From the sequence record PQ244011.1: a stretch of DNA of 32,000 bases, one strand, 5' to 3'. The stretch is from Mycobacterium phage Fastidio. This document shows positions 1 through 8,119 of this stretch, piece after piece (within the stretch, counting starts at the first letter, position 1; every line of letters starts with the position of its first letter). A program made the translations under genes and the position numbers. The notes beneath the pieces are model-generated. The model ran no database searches and was not told where the DNA came from. It was given only the letters and a program-made list of their open reading frames with translations.

Positions 1-2
1 AT

Positions 3-539
3 GAGGGGCTGGACGATAAGGCCGACCTCGCCCACGACCACGTTTTGGCCGATGTTACCGATGTCACCTCTACTGGCGCGGCTATTGCTGGCGCGGCGGA
101 TAACGATGCAGCCCTGGAGGCTTTGCAGCCAGAGTTGGACAACAAGATCCACGAGATCGTCGACTACTACGCGACCAACGAGTTGGATGTTCAGGTGGAT
201 GCTTCCGATGTGGTGTCGGGCACGCTGAGCATTAATCGCATCCCCGTGGGTAGTAGTGGTTCCACGGTGTGTGTTGGTAATGATTCGCGCCTGTCGGACC
301 AGCGGACACCCTTGGACAACTCGGTGACCCTGGCCAAGATTCAGGACGGTGCGATCACCAACGCGAAGATCAATACCGGCGCGGCGATTGCGAAATCGAA
401 GCTGGCTTCGGATGTGCAAACCTCACTGGGTAAAGCGGATTCGTCGGTGCAGAAATCCGGCAGCGCGTCCGGGATGTGGATGGGCACCACCCTTCCTGGT
501 ACCGGCACGGCGGGTGTGTTGTATGTGGTGGTGCCGTGA
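3..539 (+). CDS. minor tail / tail-fibre-like protein, 5' end truncated by the window edge
   Basis: Reading frame is open leftward from 45 to base 3 (EGLDDKADLAHDHVLADVTDVTSTGAAIAGAADNDAAL...), typical phage tail fibre style; stop TGA 537-539. Confidence 0.7.
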   Translation, partial: EGLDDKADLAHDHVLADVTDVTSTGAAIAGAADNDAALEALQPELDNKIHEIVDYYATNELDVQVDASDVVSGTLSINRIPVGSSGSTVCVGNDSRLSDQRTPLDNSVTLAKIQDGAITNAKINTGAAIAKSKLASDVQTSLGKADSSVQKSGSASGMWMGTTLPGTGTAGVLYVVVP

Positions 540-1519
540 AAGTTTGGAACGGCACTGCGTTCGTTGACCCTGCCGCGTTCAAGGTGTGGAACGGGTCAGC
601 GTTCGTGAATCCCGAGCTGTACGCCTGGAACGGTTCAAGCTACGACAAGATCTGGCCCACGTTCACCCCGTTCAGCATCTCCAGCGAAGACCCCGGCTAC
701 GAGGACTTGATCGACGAGCCGGTGCCTGCGGGCGCTTCGGGCGCCTGGGTGACTCTAGTCGGCGGTGGCGGCGGCGGCGGTGCCGGATACAAAGGGGCTA
801 GCGGAACATTCCGCCGCGGCGGCTCTGGTGGCGCGGGCGGCGCGAAGATCCCTCGGGTCTGGGTACCCCGCGCGGCGATGGGATCTACGTACTCCGTCAT
901 CCGCGGCCTTGGCGGCGCTGGAGGAGTTCCTGCGGCCTCGTCTGGAACCGGATCAACGCCGGGTGATGGCGGTAGCTCTTCGTTCATCACTGGCTCTATC
1001 ACTTTGATCGCGGGTGGTGGCGATAACGGGACAAGTGCGGGAAGCGGAGGCGCTAACTGGGCCGGTGGTGGCACAGGAAGCGAGCCCAGCACTGTTTCAG
1101 GTGTCATTGGCGCATCAGTCATTGAGGGATCTGCGGGTGGCGACGGCGGTAACAGCTCCAAATCCCCCCAGGCTGGTGTCAACAACCCGAACGGGGCCGG
1201 TGCCGGTGGCGGCGGCGGGGGTAACTACACCGCCTCGCAGTCTGCCGGTTACGGTGCCCGGGGCGGTAACTCCACTCACGGTACCGGCGCAACCGGCGGC
1301 AACGGTGACGGTGATACCACCTTTAACGGCGCGAGTGCGGTCGATCAGACAGGCGGGAATCCCGGCGCGGGCGGCGGCGGTGCCCGCGGCCTGGGCAAGG
1401 GCGGTGATGGCGGCGACTACGGCGGCGGCGGCGGCGGTGGGGGCGGCGTGTCGACCTCGTCCAGCGAGGGCGCTGGCGGCGCTGGCGGTGACGGCTACGT
1501 CCTGATCGAGTGGGAATAA
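536..1519 (+). CDS. glycine-rich minor tail protein
   Basis: GTG start overlapping previous stop (GTGA); long Gly-rich low-complexity C-terminal half (GGGGGGAG..., GAGGGGGG...) after repeated KVWNGTAFV / KVWNGSAFV motifs. Confidence 0.75.
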   Translation: MKVWNGTAFVDPAAFKVWNGSAFVNPELYAWNGSSYDKIWPTFTPFSISSEDPGYEDLIDEPVPAGASGAWVTLVGGGGGGGAGYKGASGTFRRGGSGGAGGAKIPRVWVPRAAMGSTYSVIRGLGGAGGVPAASSGTGSTPGDGGSSSFITGSITLIAGGGDNGTSAGSGGANWAGGGTGSEPSTVSGVIGASVIEGSAGGDGGNSSKSPQAGVNNPNGAGAGGGGGGNYTASQSAGYGARGGNSTHGTGATGGNGDGDTTFNGASAVDQTGGNPGAGGGGARGLGKGGDGGDYGGGGGGGGGVSTSSSEGAGGAGGDGYVLIEWE

Positions 1520-1524
1520 CCCCG

Positions 1525-1722
1525 CTAACGGTTCGGGTCACCAGCAGCGCGGAGTTGATACACACGCTGCTTGGAAAGCTTCAGGGCGCGGCCAATGTCA
1601 TGCCACGTGATGCCGTGGACAGTCATCGCCTCGTAGACGAGGGCAGCCAGTTCGGCATCAAGCTCGGCGATAGTCGCTGCGCGTTTCTGCCGGTTGGCGA
1701 TCATACGGTCGATGATTGTCAC
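1525..1722 (-). CDS. small helix-turn-helix DNA-binding protein
   Basis: 65 aa; MTVHGITWHDIGRALKLSKQRVYQLRAAG resembles sigma-70 region 4/HTH. Confidence 0.6.
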   Translation of the reverse strand: MTIIDRMIANRQKRAATIAELDAELAALVYEAMTVHGITWHDIGRALKLSKQRVYQLRAAGDPNR

Positions 1723-1749
1723 ATCTAGAAGTGTATCTCAAAGAAACAC

Positions 1750-1778
1750 TTGTGCACGTGGTCAAACGCGGTTAGACT
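1750..1778 (+). promoter_or_regulatory. candidate promoter for 1871 gene
   Basis: TTGTGC (1750-1755), 17-nt spacer, TAGACT (1773-1778). Confidence 0.4.
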
Positions 1779-1870
1779 CACGTTCATCAACTTGAGACAC
1801 CGCCCAGCGGGGCGAAAGGCCTGAGAAACCAACCCCGCCGGACGGCCCACCCCCAACAGGAGGCCCACCA

Positions 1871-2155
1871 ATGCTACGCACCACCACCGCGACTGTCTTC
1901 GCAATCGCCGCACTCGCCCTCGGAATACCCGCAGTCGCTGATGCCGCACCCGCCCACTGCGCGAATCACGGCACCGGCCACGGGCAGATCTACAAGCACG
2001 CATGCGCCACCGGCAGCGGCGGCGCAGGAGCCGACTGGACATACGCCACCCACGCCGACGGCACACCCAAGATGGACGGCACCAAACACATCTACAAGTG
2101 CGTGCGCCACTGCGGCGGCGGCCGCCACCACGTCGAGACCACCGACACCTGGTGA
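1871..2155 (+). CDS. small secreted Cys/His-rich protein
   Basis: 94 aa with signal peptide MLRTTTATVFAIAALALGIPAVADAAPA and four Cys residues. Confidence 0.6.
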   Translation: MLRTTTATVFAIAALALGIPAVADAAPAHCANHGTGHGQIYKHACATGSGGAGADWTYATHADGTPKMDGTKHIYKCVRHCGGGRHHVETTDTW

Positions 2156-2161
2156 CCGGCC

Positions 2162-2308
2162 ATGAAAATCCACGTGCAGTCCCGCGGACCCGCCGGCTGG
2201 AACGCCACCGTCCTCTTCACCGCAGGAACCGTCCTCACCGTCGCTGACGACCAAGGCCGCAAACACCTCATCGACACCTCCCGAGTCGCCATCAAGAGGC
2301 TGTCATGA
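2162..2308 (+). CDS. small hypothetical protein
   Basis: 48 aa ORF (MKIHVQSRGPAGWNATVLFTAGTVLTVADDQGRKHLIDTSRVAIKRLS), ATGA overlap with next gene; below ORF-track size limit. Confidence 0.5.
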   Translation: MKIHVQSRGPAGWNATVLFTAGTVLTVADDQGRKHLIDTSRVAIKRLS

Positions 2309-2493
2309 CCAGCCCCGCTAAAGGGGAAATCGTGAACCGTCCCAGCAACAAGCAGCTCAGCAAATTCGTCCGAGAGTTCGACAAGCTGACCCATGCCCGC
2401 AAGATGTCCGCCATCTGGGATCTGATGCAGTACGCCAGCGGTGACGGCGCCCCGTACGGAATCATCTACGAACTGCACCCCGACAACCGCTAG
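2305..2493 (+). CDS. small hypothetical protein
   Basis: 62 aa, overlaps preceding stop by 4 nt. Confidence 0.55.
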   Translation: MTSPAKGEIVNRPSNKQLSKFVREFDKLTHARKMSAIWDLMQYASGDGAPYGIIYELHPDNR

Positions 2494-2500
2494 GAGAATC

Positions 2501-2644
2501 ATGATCAGCAAACGAGTGGCGGGGGTGATCGGAACCGGACTCCTCGGCGGTGTCGCCCTCACCGGACTCATCTCGTGGATGTTCGCCACAGGACATCCAG
2601 CGATCGACTTCTTCATCGAACGCGACACCCTCTTCTACATCTGA
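2501..2644 (+). CDS. small membrane protein
   Basis: 47 aa, MISKRVAGVIGTGLLGGVALTGLISWMFATG hydrophobic stretch, AGGAG RBS upstream. Confidence 0.5.
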   Translation: MISKRVAGVIGTGLLGGVALTGLISWMFATGHPAIDFFIERDTLFYI

Positions 2645-2656
2645 ACAACCCCCCAC

Positions 2657-2691
2657 AGAAACCCCGCCACCACGAGGTGCGCGGGGTTTCT
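2657..2691 (+). terminator. strong hairpin, possible terminator
   Basis: AGAAACCCCGC-CACC-ACGA-GGTG-C-GCGGGGTTTCT; about 15 bp with one bulge; no U tract beyond the stem. Confidence 0.5.
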
Positions 2692-2712
2692 GCATGAAAG
2701 GACCCCCCCGAC

Positions 2713-2946
2713 ATGGACCGTCTCGGAATCATCCTGCTCAAACTGCTCGGGCCGCTCGCCGACAGGATCGCTGACCGAATCGCCGACAGGATCACCGAGA
2801 ACCTGCCCGATCTGTCCGATTTGGATGATCAGATCGTCGCGAAACTCCCTGACCTGTCCAACCTGCCAGCGCAAGTCGTGGACATCATCGACGGCGCGCT
2901 GCGCTCCATCCCCGTTCTCGGCGGAATCCTCGGGAGCAAACGGTGA
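2713..2946 (+). CDS. hypothetical protein preceding lysin A
   Basis: 77 aa with DLSDLDDQIVAKLPDLSNLPAQVVDIIDGALRSIPVLGGILG; 4-nt overlap with lysA. Confidence 0.55.
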   Translation: MDRLGIILLKLLGPLADRIADRIADRITENLPDLSDLDDQIVAKLPDLSNLPAQVVDIIDGALRSIPVLGGILGSKR

Positions 2947-4139
2947 CCACGAAAGATCAAGTCGCCCAAATCACCATCGCCGAAGCCAAGGCGCGCGGCT
3001 ACGCCCGCAGCGAATGCCTGGCGGTCATGTCCACCTTCTACCAAGAGTCCGGCTGGAACGACACCATCTGGGACCCGACCCACACCACCTACGGCATTGC
3101 CCAGCAGGATGGCTCCTACCCACACCGCTTCGACGGTGCCGCAGCCCAAATCAAAGGCTTCTTCGACAAGCTCGACGTGTGGCGCGCCAAACCCGGTGCC
3201 AGCACCGATATATGGCTGAACATCTGCTGGATGCAGCAGGCCCCGAACTGGCCCAGCGCTGACTATTGGTACGCCAACGGCCGCCGCGCCTACCTCACCG
3301 AAATTAAGTCGCGGATCGCCACCGTGACGCCCTACCTCGACAAGTACTGGCAGACCACAGGAGGAACAGCCGTGACATGGACTGGTGACCCCGTATGGCT
3401 TGAAGACGTTCTACGAGAAGCCCTCGGCGACCGACTCGTAGTCGCCCAGGCCGACTGGAAAGAACGCGGGACCGGCGGCGTAATGGGCGACATCTGGGGC
3501 GTCATGATCCACCACACCGGCAACGACCGAGAAACCGTCGCCGGAATCCGTGACGGCCGCCCCGACCTGAGAGGCCCACTATCGCAATGCCTCATCACCC
3601 CCGACGGGAAATGCCACCTGATCGCCGTCGGCCCATGCAACCACGCTGGGACCGGCTCGTATCCCGGCGTCGGCACCAACAACGGCAATCAGCGGCTCAT
3701 TGGATTCGAGTGCGCCTGGCCCACCATCCGCCCCGACGGCTCGTTCGATCCCGCGCAGCGCTGGCCCGACGCCCAGATCATCACCATGCGCGACGCCACC
3801 GCGGCGGTGCTGAAACGCCTCGGCCGTGACTCCAAGCACGTCATCGGCCATAAGGAATGGGCCGGTGCCACACAGGGAAAGTGGGACCCCGGCAACCTCG
3901 ACATGAACTGGTTCCGCGGCGAAGTCCAGAAAGACCTGGACGGGTTCTTGTTCCCCGGTGAGCAGCCGTCGGCACCGCAGCCTGTCCCGGCCTTGCCGCC
4001 CGACTACGACAAAGAGGTGTGGGATCAGCTGCGCATCCTGTGGCCGCAGCTCGGACACCGCACCCTCGTTGACGCCGTGGCGGCGATCGGCGCGAAGCTC
4101 GGCATCGAAGGCTGCTACGACGTCAAGGGCAAGTCCTGA
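2943..4139 (+). CDS. lysA: lysin A: N-terminal lysozyme/transglycosylase-like domain plus N-acetylmuramoyl-L-alanine amidase domain
   Basis: N-term MSTFYQESGWNDTIWDPTHTTYGIAQQDG; amidase-type VMIHHTGNDRETVAGIRDG...HVIGHKEWAGATQGKWDPGNLDM. Confidence 0.88.
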   Translation: MTTKDQVAQITIAEAKARGYARSECLAVMSTFYQESGWNDTIWDPTHTTYGIAQQDGSYPHRFDGAAAQIKGFFDKLDVWRAKPGASTDIWLNICWMQQAPNWPSADYWYANGRRAYLTEIKSRIATVTPYLDKYWQTTGGTAVTWTGDPVWLEDVLREALGDRLVVAQADWKERGTGGVMGDIWGVMIHHTGNDRETVAGIRDGRPDLRGPLSQCLITPDGKCHLIAVGPCNHAGTGSYPGVGTNNGNQRLIGFECAWPTIRPDGSFDPAQRWPDAQIITMRDATAAVLKRLGRDSKHVIGHKEWAGATQGKWDPGNLDMNWFRGEVQKDLDGFLFPGEQPSAPQPVPALPPDYDKEVWDQLRILWPQLGHRTLVDAVAAIGAKLGIEGCYDVKGKS

Positions 4140-5140
4140 TGCGCATCGACGGGCAGTATGTGGGCCTCGGACCAGGGGACAGCTCCGACGAAATCCGCAA
4201 GATCAAAGCGTTCATGCGGCGCAAGTTCGCCTCCTACGCGGGCGATTTGGCCGACACCCCGCTCTACGACGAGCAGATGACCGCCGCGGTCGCCGAAATG
4301 CAGGCCCGATACAACACGGCTGGGCAGCTCGCGTCCGGCCTGTACATCCCCGGAATCATCAACGCCGAAACCAAGTACGTCATGGGCTACCTACCGCGCC
4401 CCGTCGTGGATACCCGTCCCGTCCTGTTCACCGTGTGCGGCACCGGCGTGCCCTGGTGGGTCGGCCCCGACGCCGACACCGCACGCGCCGTCGAAGACCA
4501 ATACCTGTGGCAACCCATCGGCTACCCAGCAGCACCATTCCCGATGGGCAAATCCATTGCCGCCGCTATCACCGAAACGCACAACCAAGCTAACCGGTGG
4601 CGCGAACGCATCGAAACCCACGGCGCCGCGCTAGCGGGCTATTCCCAAGGCGCGGTAGTGGTTTCCGAACTGTGGATGAACCACATCGCACCCGAAACCG
4701 GCTCCCTGCATTGGATGAAACCGCACATCGAGAAAGCCGTGACGTGGGGCAACCCGAACCGCGAACTCGGTCACGTGTGGGCCGATCACGGCGGCTCACC
4801 AATGGCCCCATCCAACACCCAAGGCGTCTCATCGAACGGCATGCGTGAAACCCCGCCGTGGTGGCGCGACTACGCACACCAAGGCGACTTGTACGCCTGC
4901 ACCGAACCCGGTGACACACAAGAGGTCCGCAACGCCATATGGCAGATCGTGCGCGACCTGGACCTGTTCACCGGACCCGATTCGCTACTCGCCCAAGTAA
5001 TCGAACTTGTGCAGGCACCGCTACCGGAGACGATCGCGATCACCAAAGCGTTGTTGGACGCCGGCATGTTCTTCGCGAAACGCACCGGCCCGCACGTGGA
5101 CTACAACGTCCAGCCCGCCATCGACTACCTACGCACATAA
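4139..5140 (+). CDS. lysB: lysin B, mycolylarabinogalactan esterase
   Basis: GYSQGAVVVSELW nucleophile motif, peptidoglycan-binding-like N-terminus, position directly after lysA. Confidence 0.88.
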   Translation: MRIDGQYVGLGPGDSSDEIRKIKAFMRRKFASYAGDLADTPLYDEQMTAAVAEMQARYNTAGQLASGLYIPGIINAETKYVMGYLPRPVVDTRPVLFTVCGTGVPWWVGPDADTARAVEDQYLWQPIGYPAAPFPMGKSIAAAITETHNQANRWRERIETHGAALAGYSQGAVVVSELWMNHIAPETGSLHWMKPHIEKAVTWGNPNRELGHVWADHGGSPMAPSNTQGVSSNGMRETPPWWRDYAHQGDLYACTEPGDTQEVRNAIWQIVRDLDLFTGPDSLLAQVIELVQAPLPETIAITKALLDAGMFFAKRTGPHVDYNVQPAIDYLRT

Positions 5141-5153
5141 GGGGGACCACCTG

Positions 5154-5387
5154 ATGTTGACACGTTCGTTTTGGATCGACGCCGCCGAACGCGCGGCCCG
5201 CACGTTCGCCCAAACCGCGATCGCCACACTCGGCGCGGGCGCGGTTGACCTACTCGCCACCGATTGGGTGTCAGTGCTGTCAGTGTCCGGCGGCGCCGCA
5301 GTGGTGTCACTGCTGATGTCTATCGGCGCGGAACGCCGCGGCAACCCCGGAACGGCTTCGGCGACTAGAGCGGTCACTGCCGCATGA
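5154..5387 (+). CDS. holin
   Basis: ATG 5154 after GGGGGACC RBS; 77 aa with hydrophobic segments RTFAQTAIATLGAGAVDLLATDWVSVLSVSGGAAVVSLLMS, immediately after lysB. Confidence 0.75.
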   Translation: MLTRSFWIDAAERAARTFAQTAIATLGAGAVDLLATDWVSVLSVSGGAAVVSLLMSIGAERRGNPGTASATRAVTAA

Positions 5388-5758
5388 TGTGGGAGTCGGT
5401 GCGCGAAGCGATGGATGCCGCGTACCAGCCAGAAGATGGTATCGACCTGATAGGACTGCTCATCATCGGTTTACCTTCCACGATCGCAGCGATCGGAACG
5501 GGAATTGTCGGTGTCCTCACTGTTCGAGGGCAACGCAAGGGCCGGGAACGTGCCCGACAGATCGACGCGAAAACCGATGAGATTCACGAGCAGACCGTCA
5601 ACACCCATGACACCAACATGCGCGACGACCTCGACGAGATACGCGATCTGGTGCGGGACGGATTCAAACAAGTCCAGCGGGACATCAGTGGACTGCGGGA
5701 GGAGCTGCGAACAGAACGACTGGAACGAATCGAAGGCGACAAACGCCGCGACCGGTAA
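5384..5758 (+). CDS. membrane-anchored coiled-coil protein of the lysis module
   Basis: One TM (LIGLLIIGLPSTIAAIGTGIVGVL) then charged coiled-coil region; DUF2746-like by layout. Confidence 0.6.
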   Translation: MMWESVREAMDAAYQPEDGIDLIGLLIIGLPSTIAAIGTGIVGVLTVRGQRKGRERARQIDAKTDEIHEQTVNTHDTNMRDDLDEIRDLVRDGFKQVQRDISGLREELRTERLERIEGDKRRDR

Positions 5759-5782
5759 CCACCAGGAAAGAAGGGCGCACGA

Positions 5783-6016
5783 ATGTCACTACTGGCCGAT
5801 CTCGCGGGCCTGCAACCCCGCACATGCCCCGCATGCGACTGGGCGGGCGCCCGGTCGAAACAGGAACGCGCAGAGATAAACACGGCGGTGGAGTCCGCCA
5901 AACGCGGCGAGGTTCAGTTCACCGACGTGCTGCGGGTCCTCGTCAAACACGGTATGCCAGACATGAATCCGCAATCGTGGCGGCACCACGCAAGGAACCA
6001 TCATGTCCCTGACTAG
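5783..6016 (+). CDS. hypothetical protein with CPAC motif
   Basis: 77 aa, RTCPACDWAG...WRHHARNHH. Confidence 0.55.
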   Translation: MSLLADLAGLQPRTCPACDWAGARSKQERAEINTAVESAKRGEVQFTDVLRVLVKHGMPDMNPQSWRHHARNHHVPD

Positions 6017-6824
6017 CGACCTACGTCAGGTCCGCATATCCGAGGGTGTGCGCAACAAAATTCTGATCCTCGACGTTGAACGGCTCCCCGGAATCACCGA
6101 ACAATACTGGTGGGGCAGGGGAGACCTGAAGAACCGGTACGTGCAGTACGAGACGGTGACCCGCATGCCGCGCACCACGATTGTGTGCGCCAAGTGGTAT
6201 GACCAGCCCGAGGTTATCCAGCTCGCCGAATGGGACAAAGGTGGACGCAAACGGTTCCTGCGGCGTGTCCACAACCTGCTATCCCAAGCGGATATCGTTG
6301 TCGGCCACTACATCGACGAAGCTGATGTGCCGTGGTTGAAGGGTGATCTGCATTTGGAGGCCGGGTTACCTCCGCTGCCTCCGTTCAAAACCGTTGACAC
6401 GTTGAAGGTGTTACGCCGCGAGTTCAAATCCGGGGCACCGTTCAAAGGTTTGGACGCGTTCTGTCAGATCGTTGGCCTGCCCGCTAAGACTGACCGCTAC
6501 GACCGGGGCGCGATGGAACGCGCCGTGACAGGGAAGAGCGCCGCGGATCGGGAACGCTTGGTGTCGTACTGCGCTGGCGATGTGGTAGCCACGCAGGGGT
6601 TGTACGACTTTCTGCGGCCACACATCAAAAACCATCCCGCACTGTTCGTTGACGGCGAGGACAAGCTGATGGTGTGTAACCGGTGCGGTGGTGAAACTGT
6701 GGTGATCCCGCGGCGGTACGTGGCGAATGTGCTGACGTATACGATGCGCCGCTGCACCAGCTGCGGCGCGCATTCGCGGTTGTCCATTGAGCCTGAGCGC
6801 ATGAGCGTTGTGCGGGGGGTGTGA
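6003..6824 (+). CDS. RNase H-like (DEDD) 3'-5' exonuclease with C-terminal zinc ribbon
   Basis: ILDVERLPG, VVGHYIDEADVPWL, ERLVSYCAGDVVATQGLYDFL; C-term CNRCGG...CTSCG. Confidence 0.72.
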   Translation: MSLTSDLRQVRISEGVRNKILILDVERLPGITEQYWWGRGDLKNRYVQYETVTRMPRTTIVCAKWYDQPEVIQLAEWDKGGRKRFLRRVHNLLSQADIVVGHYIDEADVPWLKGDLHLEAGLPPLPPFKTVDTLKVLRREFKSGAPFKGLDAFCQIVGLPAKTDRYDRGAMERAVTGKSAADRERLVSYCAGDVVATQGLYDFLRPHIKNHPALFVDGEDKLMVCNRCGGETVVIPRRYVANVLTYTMRRCTSCGAHSRLSIEPERMSVVRGV

Positions 6825-6825
6825 C

Positions 6826-6918
6826 GTGAATATTCGTGTGTGTACGTTCCTCGATCACGGTGTGACGGTGGGATTCCTGTGGGACGTGATCAAGGCGTGG
6901 GTTCGTCGTGATGTCTGA
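6826..6918 (+). CDS. very small hypothetical protein
   Basis: 30 aa ORF overlapping the start of the next gene. Confidence 0.25.
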   Translation: MNIRVCTFLDHGVTVGFLWDVIKAWVRRDV

Positions 6919-7126
6919 TCCTGTTCGCGGCGCGATCCAAGCCAGCCTGGACGCGATGGGCGACGGTTGGCAGGTGGCCCACTATGTGGTGGTCGTCGGG
7001 TTGGAACGCATTGACGGCGACCGCATGGACTTGGATGCTACGACTGTGATCACACCTATAGGTCAGGCGGGGTATGTCACCGATGGTTTGGTGAACCGTT
7101 ATTGGGATGAGTCGTCTGGTGAGTGA
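6911..7126 (+). CDS. hypothetical protein
   Basis: 71 aa from ATG 6911, MSDPVRGAIQASLDAMGDGWQVAHYVVVVGLERIDGD... Confidence 0.6.
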   Translation: MSDPVRGAIQASLDAMGDGWQVAHYVVVVGLERIDGDRMDLDATTVITPIGQAGYVTDGLVNRYWDESSGE

Positions 7127-7427
7127 TCCGCAGCTGGAGTTGTGGCGGTCGCTGTGGCTGGCCGTCGTGGCGGGGTTGATCGTCGCGCTGCTGGTTTACG
7201 TCCTGGCTTAATCTTCGGATTGTGAAGAAAGCCGCCCCCTTGCACACTCTCCGGTGCAAGGGGGCGGCTTTCTTCATGTCTAGTTTGGGTACACCCGTCG
7301 AACGGAATCGAACCGAGCGGATCGCATGTATCCGCGCACCCAACCACGTGCGGTATGGGCCGATATACCGAGTCGTTCCGTACACGGTGCGGCGCAGGTA
7401 CCAACCGGGTTTCAAAGCGTCAGCCAT
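7077..7427 (-). CDS. possible hypothetical protein read through the terminator
   Basis: N-terminus MADALKPGWYLRRTVYGTTRYIGPYRTWLGARIHAIRSVRF looks protein-like and overlaps the upstream minus gene by 8 nt; C-terminus crosses terminator and convergent genes. Confidence 0.35.
   Translation of the reverse strand: MADALKPGWYLRRTVYGTTRYIGPYRTWLGARIHAIRSVRFRSTGVPKLDMKKAAPLHRRVCKGAAFFTIRRLSQDVNQQRDDQPRHDGQPQRPPQLQLRITHQTTHPNNGSPNHR
7119..7211 (+). CDS. very small single-TM protein
   Basis: 30 aa VSDPQLELWRSLWLAVVAGLIVALLVYVLA, GTG start overlapping previous stop. Confidence 0.35.
   Translation: MSDPQLELWRSLWLAVVAGLIVALLVYVLA
7224..7275. terminator. bidirectional intrinsic terminator between convergent operons
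   Basis: Perfect 22-bp inverted repeat GAAGAAAGCCGCCCCCTTGCAC / GTGCAAGGGGGCGGCTTTCTTC with 8-nt loop, between plus genes ending 7211 and the minus operon. Confidence 0.9.
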
Positions 7428-7626
7428 TGGCTTCTTCCCATCGTTTCTTCAGCTCGTCCATGAACTCGTCAACCACGTCCATCAGGACGAACGCCACCAT
7501 GAGGAACGGCGCTATCCACGTGGCGATCGATGCGTAATACAACACGCGCCCCACTGTGTGCATGGGTTCTTCGTCGCTGCCGAGCATCTCGTCGAATCGT
7601 GATTCGTACCAAGCGAGGACACTCAT
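7420..7626 (-). CDS. small single-TM protein
   Basis: 68 aa, VGRVLYYASIATWIAPFLMVAFVLMDVVDEFMDELKKRWEE. Confidence 0.6.
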   Translation of the reverse strand: MSVLAWYESRFDEMLGSDEEPMHTVGRVLYYASIATWIAPFLMVAFVLMDVVDEFMDELKKRWEEANG

Positions 7627-7745
7627 CGGCTTGCTTCTTCATCCATGTTTGGGCATGTGTGGTGCACTGGGGGAAGGGTGTCGATCACTGTCTCCCCGTC
7701 TTTGAACGGTTGACCGCACCGGCCGCAACGATCATCGGTGTTCAT
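7623..7745 (-). CDS. zinc-ribbon-like peptide
   Basis: MNTDDRCGRCGQPFKDGETVIDTLPPVHHTCPNMDEEASR; ATG start overlaps the upstream gene; alternative starts up to 7814. Confidence 0.5.
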   Translation of the reverse strand: MNTDDRCGRCGQPFKDGETVIDTLPPVHHTCPNMDEEASR

Positions 7746-7920
7746 CAGTTGCACATCTCGCATCCCCGCGAGCCTCACAGAGCCTGCGCCATAACTCATC
7801 GCGATACGCCACATTCGCTGCCCGGTCCGGCTGACCGATACTTTCGAACGCGATGCGGGACGCGTGCTCCCACTCGGACTTCAGTTCCGCTATCCGGTCC
7901 GAATCGAACTTGTCGGCCAT
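7732..7920 (-). CDS. hypothetical protein
   Basis: 62 aa ORF in compact minus operon. Confidence 0.55.
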   Translation of the reverse strand: MADKFDSDRIAELKSEWEHASRIAFESIGQPDRAANVAYRDELWRRLCEARGDARCATDEHR

Positions 7921-7921
7921 G

Positions 7922-8119
7922 TCATTGCTCCTTGAGCCATCGTTGGATTGTGTTGGTTGATTTCCCGGTCAAGACGGCTATCTCCCGGACAGAACCACCA
8001 GCAACCGACGCCTCGATCACTTCCTGGCGTAGCTTCTCGTCCGATCGTGCCGACGCACGAGCTGCCTTCACGAGACGACTACGGTTCGGCTCCGGCACCA
8101 CACCACGAGCACGCGCCAC
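7922..8119 (-). CDS. helix-turn-helix protein
   Basis: 65 aa, GSVREIAVLTGKSTNTIQRWLKEQ; GTG start. Confidence 0.6.
   Translation of the reverse strand: MARARGVVPEPNRSRLVKAARASARSDEKLRQEVIEASVAGGSVREIAVLTGKSTNTIQRWLKEQ

Noticed and set aside
697-1185. Minus-strand proline-rich ORF opposite the glycine-rich tail gene
   Set aside because: Simple complement of GGN glycine codons giving Pro/Ala-rich shadow sequence.
697-1519. CRISPR-like or tandem-repeat array in the glycine-rich region
   Set aside because: Repetitiveness is irregular and explained by glycine-rich protein coding; there are no regular repeat-spacer units here or elsewhere in the window.
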